Origin: Candidatus Eiseniibacteriota bacterium
GTDB lineage: Bacteria > Eisenbacteria > RBG-16-71-46
Length of the DNA stretch: 64,000 bases
NCBI GenBank assembly: GCA_963744995.1
Contig: CAVUWA010000004.1
Location: forward strand, 288,001 to 352,000
Direction of reading: 5' to 3'
Shown here: positions 1-13,039 of the stretch, piece after piece
Numbering within the stretch: position 1 is the first letter of the stretch
Layout: every line of letters starts with the position of its first letter
The notes under the pieces: model-generated
Databases searched by the model: none
Seen by the model: only the letters and a program-made list of their open reading frames with translations
What the model was told of the DNA's origin: nothing
Position numbers and translations under genes: made by a program

Positions 1-726
1 CGGCTCGACGTCGTGGACGCGAGCCGACGCTTCCTCGCGAAGCTGGACGGCGTGACCGACCCGGAGCAGAAGCGCAAGATCATCGGCAACGAGTTCATCG
101 CCGTGTTCGAGGAAGAGGCGAGGAAGATCGGGCCGGTGGAGTTCCTGGCCCAGGGCACGCTCTACCCGGACGTGGTCGAGAGCGCCAGCGTCGGTTTCGG
201 CTCCCAGGTGATCAAGTCGCACCACAACGTCGGCGGGTTGCCGGCGCGCATGCGGCTGAAACTGGTGGAGCCGTTGCGCTGGCTGTTCAAAGACGAGGTG
301 CGCGAGCTGGGGCGCGCGCTCGGACTGCCCGGCCATCTGGTGGACCGGCACCCGTTCCCGGGGCCGGGGCTCGCGGTGCGGATCCTGGGCGCGGTGAACC
401 GGGCGGACCTCGACGTGCTGCGCCGCGCGGATGCGATCTACATCGAGGAGCTCAGGCGTGCGAAGTGGTACGGACGCACCTGGCAGGCGTTCGCGGTGCT
501 GCTGCCCGTACACACGGTGGGCGTGAAGGGCGACGAGCGCTCCTACGAGAAGGTGATCGCGCTGCGTGCGGTGAACAGCTCCGACGGCATGACCGCGGAC
601 TGGACGCGGCTGCCGGCCTCGCTGCTCGGCCGCGTGGCGAGCCGCATCGCCAACGAGATTCGCGGCGTGAACCGCGTCGTGTTCGACGTCACCAGCAAGC
701 CGCCCGCCACGATCGAGTGGGAATAG
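1..726 (+). CDS. guaA: GMP synthase (glutamine-hydrolysing), C-terminal part; 5' end lies outside the window
   Basis: Motifs [46 protein letters not shown] and C-terminal KPPATIEWE. Confidence 0.97.
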   Translation, partial: RLDVVDASRRFLAKLDGVTDPEQKRKIIGNEFIAVFEEEARKIGPVEFLAQGTLYPDVVESASVGFGSQVIKSHHNVGGLPARMRLKLVEPLRWLFKDEVRELGRALGLPGHLVDRHPFPGPGLAVRILGAVNRADLDVLRRADAIYIEELRRAKWYGRTWQAFAVLLPVHTVGVKGDERSYEKVIALRAVNSSDGMTADWTRLPASLLGRVASRIANEIRGVNRVVFDVTSKPPATIEWE

Positions 727-754
727 CGGGTCCGACGCGACCAGGGAGGGACGC

Positions 755-2941
755 GTGAACCGACGTTTCGAGGGAAAGGCGCGCGGCCGCCGTGGCCGCG
801 CCCGCCCATGGTGGCGGGGCGCGCGGCTGGCCCTGCCGGCGCTGGTCGCGCTGCTGGCACCCGCGTGGCCCGGCCCGGCCCGTGCCGCCGCCGGCGCCGG
901 CGCCCGCCCGCTGATCACCGTCGAGGGCGACCACACCGTCTGGCATCGTGACGCGCCGATGGGCGAGCCGCCGCTGATCGTTGGCGTCGTGCGCCGCGCG
1001 ATGGCCGCGGCGGGGGACAGCAGCCTGGCGGACAGCGACACCGCGCTGCGGATCCTGTCGCACCACACGCTCACCCGCGGCTGGGCCCTGCTCGAGATCG
1101 GCGCGCGCGCGCTGGCCACGGGCGACTCGGCGCGCGCCGACTCGATCCTGGCGCTCGCGACACGGCCGTTCGGCGTGTGGCAGGCCGACGCCGTACGGCT
1201 GCGTCACGACCTCGCGCTCGCGCGCGCCGATCGCACGGGCGCGCTCGCCGCCCTCGAGGATTCCACGTTCCGGATCGCGGGCGGGCCGCGCCCCGAGTGG
1301 CGGCTGCTCGCCGCGCGGGACCGCGCCGCACTCGGCGACAGCGCTGGCGCGGTGCGCGAGCTCGTGCGCCTGGCGACCGCGGGCGCGCCGCGCGACTCGG
1401 CCGCCTCGGCCGCCGATCTGCTCGATGCGCTGCTCGCGGCCGGCCGGGCGGGGGCCGCGGAGGAGCGCGCGGCGGCCACGCTGCGCGGACTGGCCCGCGA
1501 CTGGGACGCGCAGGCGCGGCACCTGCAACGTGCGCAGGCGCTCACGAGCGATGCGCGCGAGCGGTTCGAGATCGGGCTGGACCTCGGCGCGGCGGAGCGC
1601 CATGCGCGGCGCTACGCCGGCGCGCGCGCCGCGCTGCGGGCGCTGCGCGCGCCGGCGGACGCCGACAGCGTGCGCATGGCGGTGGATCGCGGCCGGAGGC
1701 TGCTCGCGCTCGGCGACGTCGAGCGCGCCGCGCAGCGCCCGACGTCGGCGGACGCCGACTACGCGGCCGCCCGCGGGGCCGTGGCCGGGGTGCGCCGGAA
1801 CGCCGCCGCCTACGCCGTCTACCGCGACGCGGTGCAGCGTCGCTCGGACCTCGCGCTCTCGCGCGGCCACGAGTCCCTCGCGCGCCGCGTGCTCACCGGG
1901 GCGACGCCGGCGGCGGGCGATCGCGGCGCCTGGGCGCTGCGCGCAGGGGTGCTGTCGCTGCTGCTCGGCGAACCCGGCGCAGCCGTTCGGCACTTCGAGG
2001 CGGCGGACGACGGCGGCTTCTGGCTCGGCGTGACGCGCCGGCGCAGCGCGCCGGCCGCGGGCGACAGCCTGCTGCGCGCGGCGGCCGAGAGCGACGACTT
2101 CGACTTCTACGCCGCGGCCGCGCGCGAGAGCCTCGGGCTCGCGCCGCACGCGATCGTGCCCGCGAGCGGGGCGCCCGCGCCGGACGGGCCGGCGTGGGTC
2201 CGCGAAGCGGAGCTGCTCCTGTGGCTCGGACTCGACGACGCGGCGGGCACGCTGGTCGAGCGCTCGATCGACTGGCAGGCAGGAGTGCGCGCCCGCGGCG
2301 CGTTTGCCGAGATGGAGTTCACCGAGAACGCGCACTGGCTGCGCGCGGCGCGGGTGGCCTACGCGGCGGGCCGTCCGGCGATCGGCATCCGCCTCGCGTA
2401 TCGTGCGCGCTGGAGCGCGCGGCACGGTCTGGCCATGGATCTCGACCGCGCGAGCGTGCTGCCGTGGCTCTACCCGCCGGCCTATGATTCGCTCTACGCC
2501 GCGTACGGGAAGGGGGCCGGCGTGGATCCCGCGCTGCTCGCGGCGATCGGATGGCAGGAGAGCTTCTTCGATGCGCAGGCGGTGTCGCGTGCGGGCGCGC
2601 TCGGCGTGATGCAGTTCATGCCGGCCACCGCCCGGCTGGTGGCGCGGCGCATGGGGGAGCCCGCGCCGTCCAGGGAGGATCTGCTGGTGGCCGATCGCAG
2701 CATCCGGCTCGGCGCCGACTACTTCGCGGGGCTGCTGCGCCAGTTCGACGGGGCGGTGCCGCCGGCGCTCGCCGCCTACAACGCGGGCCCCGGTCGCGCC
2801 CGCGCCTGGATCCGGCGCGCCAACGGCGACACCGGCGCGCTGTTCTGCGAGGTGATCGGCTTCGACGAAACCATCAACTACGTGAAGAACATTCTCGGCG
2901 CCTGGCAGGCGTACCGGTGGTTGAGGCCGCGATGGGAATGA
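755..2941 (+). CDS. Secreted lytic transglycosylase (Slt70-like, C-terminal SLT domain)
   Basis: Signal-peptide-like N-terminus; Ala/Arg-rich helical body; SLT motifs QESFF, SRAGALGVMQFMPATA, AAYNAGPG, ETINYVKNI. Confidence 0.9.
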   Translation: MNRRFEGKARGRRGRARPWWRGARLALPALVALLAPAWPGPARAAAGAGARPLITVEGDHTVWHRDAPMGEPPLIVGVVRRAMAAAGDSSLADSDTALRILSHHTLTRGWALLEIGARALATGDSARADSILALATRPFGVWQADAVRLRHDLALARADRTGALAALEDSTFRIAGGPRPEWRLLAARDRAALGDSAGAVRELVRLATAGAPRDSAASAADLLDALLAAGRAGAAEERAAATLRGLARDWDAQARHLQRAQALTSDARERFEIGLDLGAAERHARRYAGARAALRALRAPADADSVRMAVDRGRRLLALGDVERAAQRPTSADADYAAARGAVAGVRRNAAAYAVYRDAVQRRSDLALSRGHESLARRVLTGATPAAGDRGAWALRAGVLSLLLGEPGAAVRHFEAADDGGFWLGVTRRRSAPAAGDSLLRAAAESDDFDFYAAAARESLGLAPHAIVPASGAPAPDGPAWVREAELLLWLGLDDAAGTLVERSIDWQAGVRARGAFAEMEFTENAHWLRAARVAYAAGRPAIGIRLAYRARWSARHGLAMDLDRASVLPWLYPPAYDSLYAAYGKGAGVDPALLAAIGWQESFFDAQAVSRAGALGVMQFMPATARLVARRMGEPAPSREDLLVADRSIRLGADYFAGLLRQFDGAVPPALAAYNAGPGRARAWIRRANGDTGALFCEVIGFDETINYVKNILGAWQAYRWLRPRWE

Positions 2942-3026
2942 GCGCACCGCGCCGCGCCGCGCCGGATCGGGCGTGCGCCTGCAGGCGGGTCCGGCACGCC
3001 GCCCTCCCCGTGCGGGGCGGACGGCC

Positions 3027-3662
3027 GTGAGCGCGCGCCGTCCGGTCGGCCCGGGCTCGCGCCGCTACATGAACGAGGCGGGACGCAAGGCGATCCACCT
3101 CACCTTCGCGCTCCTGCCGCTGCAGATGATCTACGACGTGCTGCCGTGGCCGCGCTCGAACGCCGAGTTCCGAATCTCCCTGCTCGCGCTCGGAGTGGTG
3201 TTCCTGGCCATCGACTGGCTGCGGATGCACGAGCGCCGCTTCCGCGCCCTGTTCCGGCGCTTCTTCAGCGGCATGGTGCGGGAGCACGAGGCGTTCACCA
3301 TGCTCGGCTCCTCGTATCTGGTGCTGGCGGCGATCATCGCGGTGTCGATCTTCCCGCGGCCGGTGGCGGCGGCAGCGCTCGGGTTCACGATCCTCGGTGA
3401 CGCAGCGGCGGCCATGGTCGGCCGAGGCTGGGGCCGCATCCCGATGTACGGCAAGACGCTGGAAGGGGCGCTCGGCGGGCTCGCGGTCTGCATCGGGTGG
3501 GGGGCGCTGGTACACGCGGCGACCGGGCTGCCCTGGGAGGTCGTCATCGCCGGGGCTCTGACCGCAAGTCTGATCGAGCTCCTGCCGATACCCATGGACG
3601 ACAACCTCGGCATGACCCTCATCGCGGGTTTTGCGATGCGCTTCCTCTGGAACGCCGGATGA
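3027..3662 (+). CDS. Membrane polyprenol/phytol kinase-like protein (SEC59/DGK1/VTE5 family); start is GTG 3027 or ATG 3069
   Basis: [22 protein letters not shown] and PMDDNL motifs; several hydrophobic segments. Confidence 0.8.
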   Translation: MSARRPVGPGSRRYMNEAGRKAIHLTFALLPLQMIYDVLPWPRSNAEFRISLLALGVVFLAIDWLRMHERRFRALFRRFFSGMVREHEAFTMLGSSYLVLAAIIAVSIFPRPVAAAALGFTILGDAAAAMVGRGWGRIPMYGKTLEGALGGLAVCIGWGALVHAATGLPWEVVIAGALTASLIELLPIPMDDNLGMTLIAGFAMRFLWNAG

Positions 3663-4603
3663 GCCCACGCCCGACCGATTCGAAGACCCCGGATCTCCAG
3701 CACGTCAAGCAGCTGGCCACGCAGGGCCGGATCGACGCCGCACTGGAGCGGCTGGATCTGCTGCTCGGCCCGCGGCCGGCGGAGTCGAGCCGGCATGCGG
3801 CGGTGAGCCTGCTGCGCGCGCTCGCGCGCGAGGCGCAGGCGGCAGGGAACCTGTCGGCCACGATCCTGCTGCTGGACACGGCGGTGCGGCTGGCGCCGAC
3901 GTTCGCCGATCTCCAGTACCAGCACGGCACGGCCCTGCTGCTGCGCCAGCAGCGGACCGAGGCCCGGCACGCGTTCGAGCGCGCCCTGAAGATCAATCCC
4001 GACTATCTGGCGCCGCGCATCGAACTCGCGCTGCTCGACGCGCGCGACGGCATGCTCGGCGACTCGCTCGACGCGCTGCGCGCGATCGCGAACGATCCGC
4101 GCCTCGTCGAGCCCGCCGCGTTCCGGCACGGCATGCAGCGCCTGCAGCAGGCGGACTGGGACGAAGCCGGCTCGCTGCTGCGCCGCGCCCTGCGGCTCAG
4201 CGATCCGGCCCTCGACGTGTTGTTCGAGCGCTATCACGCCTTCATGGATGGCGGTCAGCCCGAGCGCGCCGCCCAGGTCGTGCGCGAGGTGCTGCCGCGC
4301 TTCGACGGATATCCGGATCTGCACTTCCTGCTCGGCAGCGCCGAGCTGCGCGAGGGCCACTTCGACGACGCCATCGTGTCGTTCGCGCGCGCGCTCGAGT
4401 TGAACCCGGGCTTCCACGCGGCGCGCCTGGAGATGGCGCGCTCGCTCGAAGCGATCGGTCAGGTGGACCAGGCCCGCGACCAGGTGGCGTTCGTCCTCGA
4501 GGCGCGCCCGGACGATCCGCTCGCGCTCGAGATGCACGCCCGCTGGTCCGGATCGCGGCGGCACGCCGGAGCCCCCGTCAAACGCGGCCACAAAGAGGCT
4601 TGA
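3659..4603 (+). CDS. Tetratricopeptide-repeat protein
   Basis: ATGA overlap with the upstream stop; TPR-like units ([13 protein letters not shown]...[17 protein letters not shown]...ALELNPGF). Confidence 0.85.
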   Translation: MSPRPTDSKTPDLQHVKQLATQGRIDAALERLDLLLGPRPAESSRHAAVSLLRALAREAQAAGNLSATILLLDTAVRLAPTFADLQYQHGTALLLRQQRTEARHAFERALKINPDYLAPRIELALLDARDGMLGDSLDALRAIANDPRLVEPAAFRHGMQRLQQADWDEAGSLLRRALRLSDPALDVLFERYHAFMDGGQPERAAQVVREVLPRFDGYPDLHFLLGSAELREGHFDDAIVSFARALELNPGFHAARLEMARSLEAIGQVDQARDQVAFVLEARPDDPLALEMHARWSGSRRHAGAPVKRGHKEA

Positions 4604-4628
4604 CCGGCCGCCGCGGCCCCGGCACATT
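4600..4628 (+). promoter_or_regulatory. Putative sigma70 promoter of the cold-shock gene
   Basis: TTGACC-17 nt-CACATT about 50 nt upstream of the csp start. Confidence 0.4.
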
Positions 4629-4680
4629 GGGGGTGGCTTCGGGCCCTTCTGAGGTTTGGCCATTGCATGGAGGACCACCC

Positions 4681-4881
4681 ATGGCGCGAGGGACCGTCAA
4701 GTGGTTCAGTGAAATGAAAGGTTACGGATTCATCGCTGCCGAGGACCGGCGGGACGTTTTCGTCCACCACTCCTCGATCGAAGGGGAAGGTTTCCGGACG
4801 CTCCAGGAAGGCGAAATGGTGGAGTTCGACATCAAGACGAGTGAACGGGGTGCGGAGGCTGCCCACGTCACGAAGTGCTGA
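4681..4881 (+). CDS. Cold-shock protein (CspA family)
   Basis: [18 protein letters not shown]...DVFVHHSSI (RNP1/RNP2 motifs); GGAGG RBS upstream. Confidence 0.96.
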   Translation: MARGTVKWFSEMKGYGFIAAEDRRDVFVHHSSIEGEGFRTLQEGEMVEFDIKTSERGAEAAHVTKC

Positions 4882-4900
4882 TCGTTTTCGCTCGAAGCCT

Positions 4901-4938
4901 GCGCGACCCGATGCCTGCCATCGGGTCGTCGCTTTTCT
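4901..4938 (+). terminator. Putative intrinsic terminator after csp
   Basis: Stem CGACCCGATG/CATCGGGTCG (4904-4928) followed by CTTTTCT. Confidence 0.55.
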
Positions 4939-5148
4939 CCCCGATCGACGCCTCACCGAACCTCGGCGCCCGCTCCCGCATCCCAGCGGAGCGGGCGGCC
5001 TTGCGCAAATCGGCGCAAAAGGCCAACGTAGGCCCCATATGAAAGGTATGGCCGGGGGAGCCCGGAGGTCCGCACGCCGGATGGGCGGGGATCTTCGCGA
5101 CCGGCGCGCCGACCGTCCCCATTTGACACGGCCTCTATTCTGACGCCC

Positions 5149-8168
<3,020 letters not shown>

Positions 8169-8169
<1 letters not shown>

Positions 8170-8657
8170 TGCGTGACGCTCGCGGTGACGCCGCCGTTCT
8201 CAAGCTGCTCAGGCTCCTCTCGGACCATCTCGAAGACTTCCTCGAAGGCGGCGATCTCTCGTTCGACACGCTGGGCGAGGTGATCGAAGAGGGCGACTAC
8301 GGCGCCGACGACATCCAGGCCGCGATCTGGGTGCTGCGCGGCTTCGGCGGCGATTTCGACGTCGAGGTGCCCGCTTCGATCGAAGGCCTGCCGGGTAAAC
8401 GTGCGCTGCGGGTGTGGAGCGCCGAGGAACGCGATTCCGTGAGCCCCGAGGCATGGGGGTATCTGATCGATCTGCGCCGCCGCGGCGCGCTCGATCACGA
8501 TCAGTTCGAACGCGTGCTGGACCTGCTGACCACCAGCGGGGTGCGGCCCGTGGGCCTGGAGCTGGCCCGCGAGGTGGCCGCGCGCGTGGCGTTGCAGGTG
8601 GAGGACCGGGAAGGAGGCGCCGGAACCGGGCATGCCGAAGTCGACCTCGCGAACTGA
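8169..8657 (+). CDS. DUF494/Smg-like protein
   Basis: TGATG coupling to secA; acidic small protein with the ALRVWSAEE...AWGYLIDLRRRGALDHDQFERVL pattern; lies directly upstream of topA, as is usual for smg. Confidence 0.7.
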
Positions 8658-11115
8658 CCAGGCCGCAGAGACGGGCGCCGCGGTGAAGCAGACGGCCGGC
8701 AGGAAGGCCGCGCCGGCGAAGCGCGCACCGGCGAAGAAGAAGGCGGCCCCGAAGAAGGCCGCGGCGAAGAAAGCCGCGCCGAAGAAGGCGGCGGGCAAGA
8801 AGGCCGCGAAGAAGAAGACCGCGGCGATGCGGGCCCCGTCGGCCGATGGCGCCGGGCGCGGTGCGCTGGTGATCGTCGAGTCGCCGACCAAGTCGCGGAC
8901 GCTGGTCAAGTTCCTCGGCCGCGGGTTCAAGGTGCTGGCCTCGAACGGCCACATCATGGATCTGCCGAAGAGCAAGCTCGGCGTGGACCTCGACAACGAC
9001 TTCGAGCCCGAGTACGTCCCGATCCGCGGCAAGACGCAGGCGCTCGCGAAGATCAAGGCCGCGGCGAAGAGCGCCGAGCGCATCCTGCTCGCCCCGGACC
9101 CGGACCGCGAAGGCGAGGCGATCGCCTGGCATCTGGCCGAGGCGCTGCGCGCGACGAAGCGCCCGATCCAGCGGCTCACGTTCAACGAGATCACCGAGCG
9201 CGCCGTGAGGTCGGCGATCGAGCATCCGCGCGATCTCGACATGAACCTCGTGAACGCGCAACAGGCGCGGCGCGTGCTCGACCGGCTGGTGGGCTACAAG
9301 GTGAGCCCGTTCGTGTGGCGGACGGTGCGCTACGGGCTGTCGGCGGGTCGCGTGCAGAGCGTGGCGCTCCGGCTCGTGTGCGAGCGTGAGGACGAGATCG
9401 ACGCGTTCGTGCCCGAGGAGTACTGGACCCTCGAGGCCGACTACGAGACCGACGACGGCATGCGCTTCACCGCGCGCCTGGTGCGGGTGGGGGAGAACGA
9501 CCTCGAGCAGGGGCAGCTGCGCGGCGAGACCGCAGCGGCCGACGCGGCGGCGCTCGCCGCCGAGCTGGCGACCGCGCCGGCGCGGATCGCGGAAGTCGAC
9601 ACCTCGCCGCGCCAGGTGCACCCCAAGGCGCCGTTCATCACCAGCACGATGCAGCAGACCGCGTACAACCGGCTCGGCTTCACCAGCCAGCGCACGATGA
9701 TGATCGCGCAGCAGCTCTACGAGGGCGTCGCGCTCGGCGACCAGGGCAGCGTCGGTCTCATCACCTACATGCGCACCGATGCCCCGCGGCTCGCCGGCGA
9801 GGCGATCGCCGAGATCCGCGGCTGGCTGGGAGAGAAGCTCGGTGCCGAGTACGTGCCCGAGTCGCCACGCCAGTACAAGGCACGCAAGTCGGCGCAGGAG
9901 GCGCACGAGGCGATCCGGCCGTCGTCGGTCGAGCGCACGCCGGAATCGGTGCGCCGCTATCTGACCGACGAGCAGTTCAAGCTGTACGACCTGATCTGGA
10001 CCCGCGCGGTCGCCTCGCAGGCGGCTTCGGCGATCTACGACGCGACGACGGTCAACGTCGAGGCCGGGCGCCTCGGGCTGCGCGCGTCGGGGCGCGTGCT
10101 GCGTTTCGCCGGGTTCCAGAAGCTCTACGGTTTCGACGAGGAGGACGATCGCGACGAGACGCGGCTGCCCGATCTCGCGGCCGGAAGCGCGCTGGCGGTG
10201 GCCCGGGAACCGCTCGTCGAGGAGGGCGATCCGGTGCGGCCGTCGCAGCACTTCACCCAGCCGCCGCCGCGCTACACCGAGGCGACGCTGGTGCGCACGC
10301 TCGAAGAGAAGAACATCGGGCGGCCGAGCACCTACTCCACCATCGTCGGCACGATCACCTCGCGCGAATACGTGGAGCGCGACAAGGGTCGCCTGAAGCC
10401 CACGGACCTCGGCCGCGCGGTGAACCGGCTGCTGGTGGACACGTTCCCGGACGTGTTCGACGTCGGCTTCACCGCCAGCATGGAGGAGGAGCTCGACGGC
10501 ATCGAGGAGGGCAAGCAGGAGTGGCACCGGGTCGTGCACGACTTCTGGGGGCCGTTCAGCAAGGACCTCGCGATGGCCGAGAAGAAGAAGGACGAGCACC
10601 GCCAGAAACTCGAAGAAACCGTCGACATCCAGTGTCCGAATTGCGGCCGCAACCTGGTGAAGAAGTTCGGGCGCCGCGGCCCGTTCCTCGCGTGTCCGGG
10701 TTATCCCGAGTGCAAGTACACGCGGCCCGTGGAAGAGGCCGAGCTGCCGACGCCGGTCGAGGGCACCTGCCCCGAGTGCGGTTCGACCCTGGTCGCGCGC
10801 AACGGTCCGTACGGGCGCTACATTTCGTGCGCGCGGCGGCCGGACTGCAAGTTCACGAAGCCGTTCACGCTCGGGATCAAGTGCCCCGACTGCGGGGAGG
10901 GCGACATCGCCGAGCGCCGCACCAAGCGCGGCAAGATCTTCTACGGTTGCACCCGCTACCCTGACTGTACGTTCGCCGTGTGGGATCGCCCGCGCATGAC
11001 GCCGTGCCCCTCGTGCGGCAGCCCGTTCCTGGTCGAGAAGGAGACGAAGAAGGGGCCGTCGCTGCGCTGCCCGAAGTGCAAGTCGTCCTTCGACCCGGAC
11101 GCGGTCGGTGCGTGA
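8632..11115 (+). CDS. topA: DNA topoisomerase I with an N-terminal Lys/Ala-rich extension and four C-terminal Zn ribbons
   Basis: LVIVESPTK, DPDREGEAIAWH, SAGRVQS, LITYMRTD (catalytic Tyr), AQEAHEAIRP; four CxxC ribbon units. Confidence 0.98.
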   Translation: MPKSTSRTDQAAETGAAVKQTAGRKAAPAKRAPAKKKAAPKKAAAKKAAPKKAAGKKAAKKKTAAMRAPSADGAGRGALVIVESPTKSRTLVKFLGRGFKVLASNGHIMDLPKSKLGVDLDNDFEPEYVPIRGKTQALAKIKAAAKSAERILLAPDPDREGEAIAWHLAEALRATKRPIQRLTFNEITERAVRSAIEHPRDLDMNLVNAQQARRVLDRLVGYKVSPFVWRTVRYGLSAGRVQSVALRLVCEREDEIDAFVPEEYWTLEADYETDDGMRFTARLVRVGENDLEQGQLRGETAAADAAALAAELATAPARIAEVDTSPRQVHPKAPFITSTMQQTAYNRLGFTSQRTMMIAQQLYEGVALGDQGSVGLITYMRTDAPRLAGEAIAEIRGWLGEKLGAEYVPESPRQYKARKSAQEAHEAIRPSSVERTPESVRRYLTDEQFKLYDLIWTRAVASQAASAIYDATTVNVEAGRLGLRASGRVLRFAGFQKLYGFDEEDDRDETRLPDLAAGSALAVAREPLVEEGDPVRPSQHFTQPPPRYTEATLVRTLEEKNIGRPSTYSTIVGTITSREYVERDKGRLKPTDLGRAVNRLLVDTFPDVFDVGFTASMEEELDGIEEGKQEWHRVVHDFWGPFSKDLAMAEKKKDEHRQKLEETVDIQCPNCGRNLVKKFGRRGPFLACPGYPECKYTRPVEEAELPTPVEGTCPECGSTLVARNGPYGRYISCARRPDCKFTKPFTLGIKCPDCGEGDIAERRTKRGKIFYGCTRYPDCTFAVWDRPRMTPCPSCGSPFLVEKETKKGPSLRCPKCKSSFDPDAVGA
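8737..8811 (+). repeat. Imperfect 15-nt coding tandem repeat (KKAAx x5) in the topA N-terminus
   Basis: Units of AAGAAG(or AAA)GCSGCSNNN occur five times in tandem. Confidence 0.85.
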
Positions 11116-11992
11116 CGCCCTCGAACGCTTCCTGAGCGAATTCGCGGTGCAGCGCCGCGGCTCCGACCACTCGGTCGCGGCGTACCGCCGTGACATCGCC
11201 CGGGTGCTGGACGCGGCCGGCGGAGCGGGGCAGCCGGTCGCGCCGTCGGCGTGGACGCGCGAGCTGCTCGAGCGCGCGATGCGCGACATGTACCGCCGCG
11301 GTCTGTCGCCGGCGAGCGCGGCACGCGCGCTGGCGGCGTGGCGCAGCTTCTCGCGCTTCTGCGTGCGGCGCGGCGTGATCGAGCACGACCCGGCGCGTTC
11401 GATCGCCTTTCCGCGGCTCCCGAAGCGCCTGCCACGCACGCTGCCCGAGCCCGAGCTGGGCGGCGCGCTCGATCGGGTGAACGGCGACGATCCGGCCTCG
11501 CTGCGCGATCGCGCCCTGCTCGAGCTGACCTACTCTTCGGGCCTCAGGCTCTCCGAGCTCACCGGGCTCAGGCACGGCGACTTCGATCGCGCCGCGGAGC
11601 TGGTGCGGGTACGCGGCAAAGGGCGGCGCGAACGGCTGGTCCCCGTGGGACGGCGGGCCCTGGACGCGCTCGAGCGCTACCTCTCGGCCGCCGGCACGCG
11701 CGGCGCCGGCGCGCGCACGCCGGTGTTCGTGAACGCACGCGGCGCCGCGCTGTCCAATCGCACCGTACAGCGCGTGGTCGCGCGCCGCCTCGGCGAGGTC
11801 GCGCGCGGACTCAAGGTCTCGCCGCATTCGCTGCGCCACTCGTTCGCGAGCCATCTGCTCGATCACGGCGCCGACCTGCGCGCGATCCAGGAGTTGCTCG
11901 GCCACCGTTCGCTGGCCAGCACGCAGGTCTACACCCACGTGTCGCGCGCGCGCCTGCGCAAGGCGTACGAGCAGTCGCACCCGCGCGCATGA
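11108..11992 (+). CDS. xerC: Tyrosine recombinase XerC
   Basis: RDRALLELTYSSGLRLSEL, GKGRRER, HSLRHSFASHLL, LLGH and STQVYTHV; ends HPRA; follows topA. The XerC versus XerD assignment rests on motifs and context. Confidence 0.85.
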   Translation: MRDALERFLSEFAVQRRGSDHSVAAYRRDIARVLDAAGGAGQPVAPSAWTRELLERAMRDMYRRGLSPASAARALAAWRSFSRFCVRRGVIEHDPARSIAFPRLPKRLPRTLPEPELGGALDRVNGDDPASLRDRALLELTYSSGLRLSELTGLRHGDFDRAAELVRVRGKGRRERLVPVGRRALDALERYLSAAGTRGAGARTPVFVNARGAALSNRTVQRVVARRLGEVARGLKVSPHSLRHSFASHLLDHGADLRAIQELLGHRSLASTQVYTHVSRARLRKAYEQSHPRA

Positions 11993-13035
11993 GGCGCCGC
12001 GCGGCGGGGCTGCTGCTGGCCGTTCTCGCCGGCCTCGGCGCGGCGGGCTGCGCCAAGAAGGGGCCGCCCTCGGGCGGCCCGCCGGACCTCGAGCCGCCGC
12101 GGCTGATCGCCTCCAGCCCCGATTCGGGTGCGGCGGGAGTGCCGCGCGACGCCCGCCTCACGCTGACCTTCAGCGAAGGCATGGAGCCGCGCACGACGGG
12201 CGACGCCGTGGCCCTCGCGCCGCGGATCGAGATCCGGCAGCGGCGCTGGAAGGGCAACACACTGGAGCTCGCGCTGGACGACACGCTCGCCGCCGATCGC
12301 GTCTACACGCTGTTCGTCGGCACCGGCGCGCGCGATCGGCACGGCAACGCGCTGGCGAGCGGCGCCGCGATCATGTTCTCGACCGCGGACTCGTTTCCAC
12401 CGGGGACCATCGAAGGGCAGGTCGAAGCGCGGGGCATGGGGGCCGCCGGGATCTACCTGTGGGGCTACGTCACCCCGCACGAGCCCGACAGCACCGCGCG
12501 CGACTACGACGCGCTGGCGTTCACCGACGCCGACGGCCGCTTCCGCATGGCCGGCCTCGCCGTGCCGGCGGCGTACCGGCTGTGGGCGTTCGCGGACATC
12601 AATCACAACCGCTCGTTCGAGCCGCAGATCGACGTTCTCGCGCCGATCGACACCGTGCTGCGGCTGACGCCGGAAGCGCCGGTCGCCCGCGGCCTGGCCG
12701 TGCTGGTCGTCAACCCGCGCGCCGAGGCGAAGCTGAGCGGTGCGGTGCTCGATACGCTCGGCGACAGCCTCGGCGTGCAGCGTATCCTGGCGATCTCCGA
12801 GGCCGACACCACGACGCGTCTCCTCGAGGACGTGCTGCGCGACGGCGTGTTCGAGATCAGCCTCGCGCCCGGCGTCTGGACGCTGCGCGCATTCCGCGAT
12901 CTGGACCGCAACAGGCGCTGGGACGCCGGGCGCGAACCGGCCAGCGACCCGCTGCGGATCGAGCTGCCGCCGGCCGGGATCGTGACCGACCGGACGCTGG
13001 TGATGCGGCGACCGCCGCCGTCTGCGAAGGAGTGA
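11989..13035 (+). CDS. Lipoprotein with bacterial Ig-like (Big_5) domain
   Basis: Lipobox LGAAGC followed by AKKGPPSGGPPDLEPP, typical of this FCB-group family; LTFSEGM; beta-rich sequence. Confidence 0.75.
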   Translation: MRRRAAGLLLAVLAGLGAAGCAKKGPPSGGPPDLEPPRLIASSPDSGAAGVPRDARLTLTFSEGMEPRTTGDAVALAPRIEIRQRRWKGNTLELALDDTLAADRVYTLFVGTGARDRHGNALASGAAIMFSTADSFPPGTIEGQVEARGMGAAGIYLWGYVTPHEPDSTARDYDALAFTDADGRFRMAGLAVPAAYRLWAFADINHNRSFEPQIDVLAPIDTVLRLTPEAPVARGLAVLVVNPRAEAKLSGAVLDTLGDSLGVQRILAISEADTTTRLLEDVLRDGVFEISLAPGVWTLRAFRDLDRNRRWDAGREPASDPLRIELPPAGIVTDRTLVMRRPPPSAKE

Positions 13036-13039
13036 GGCG

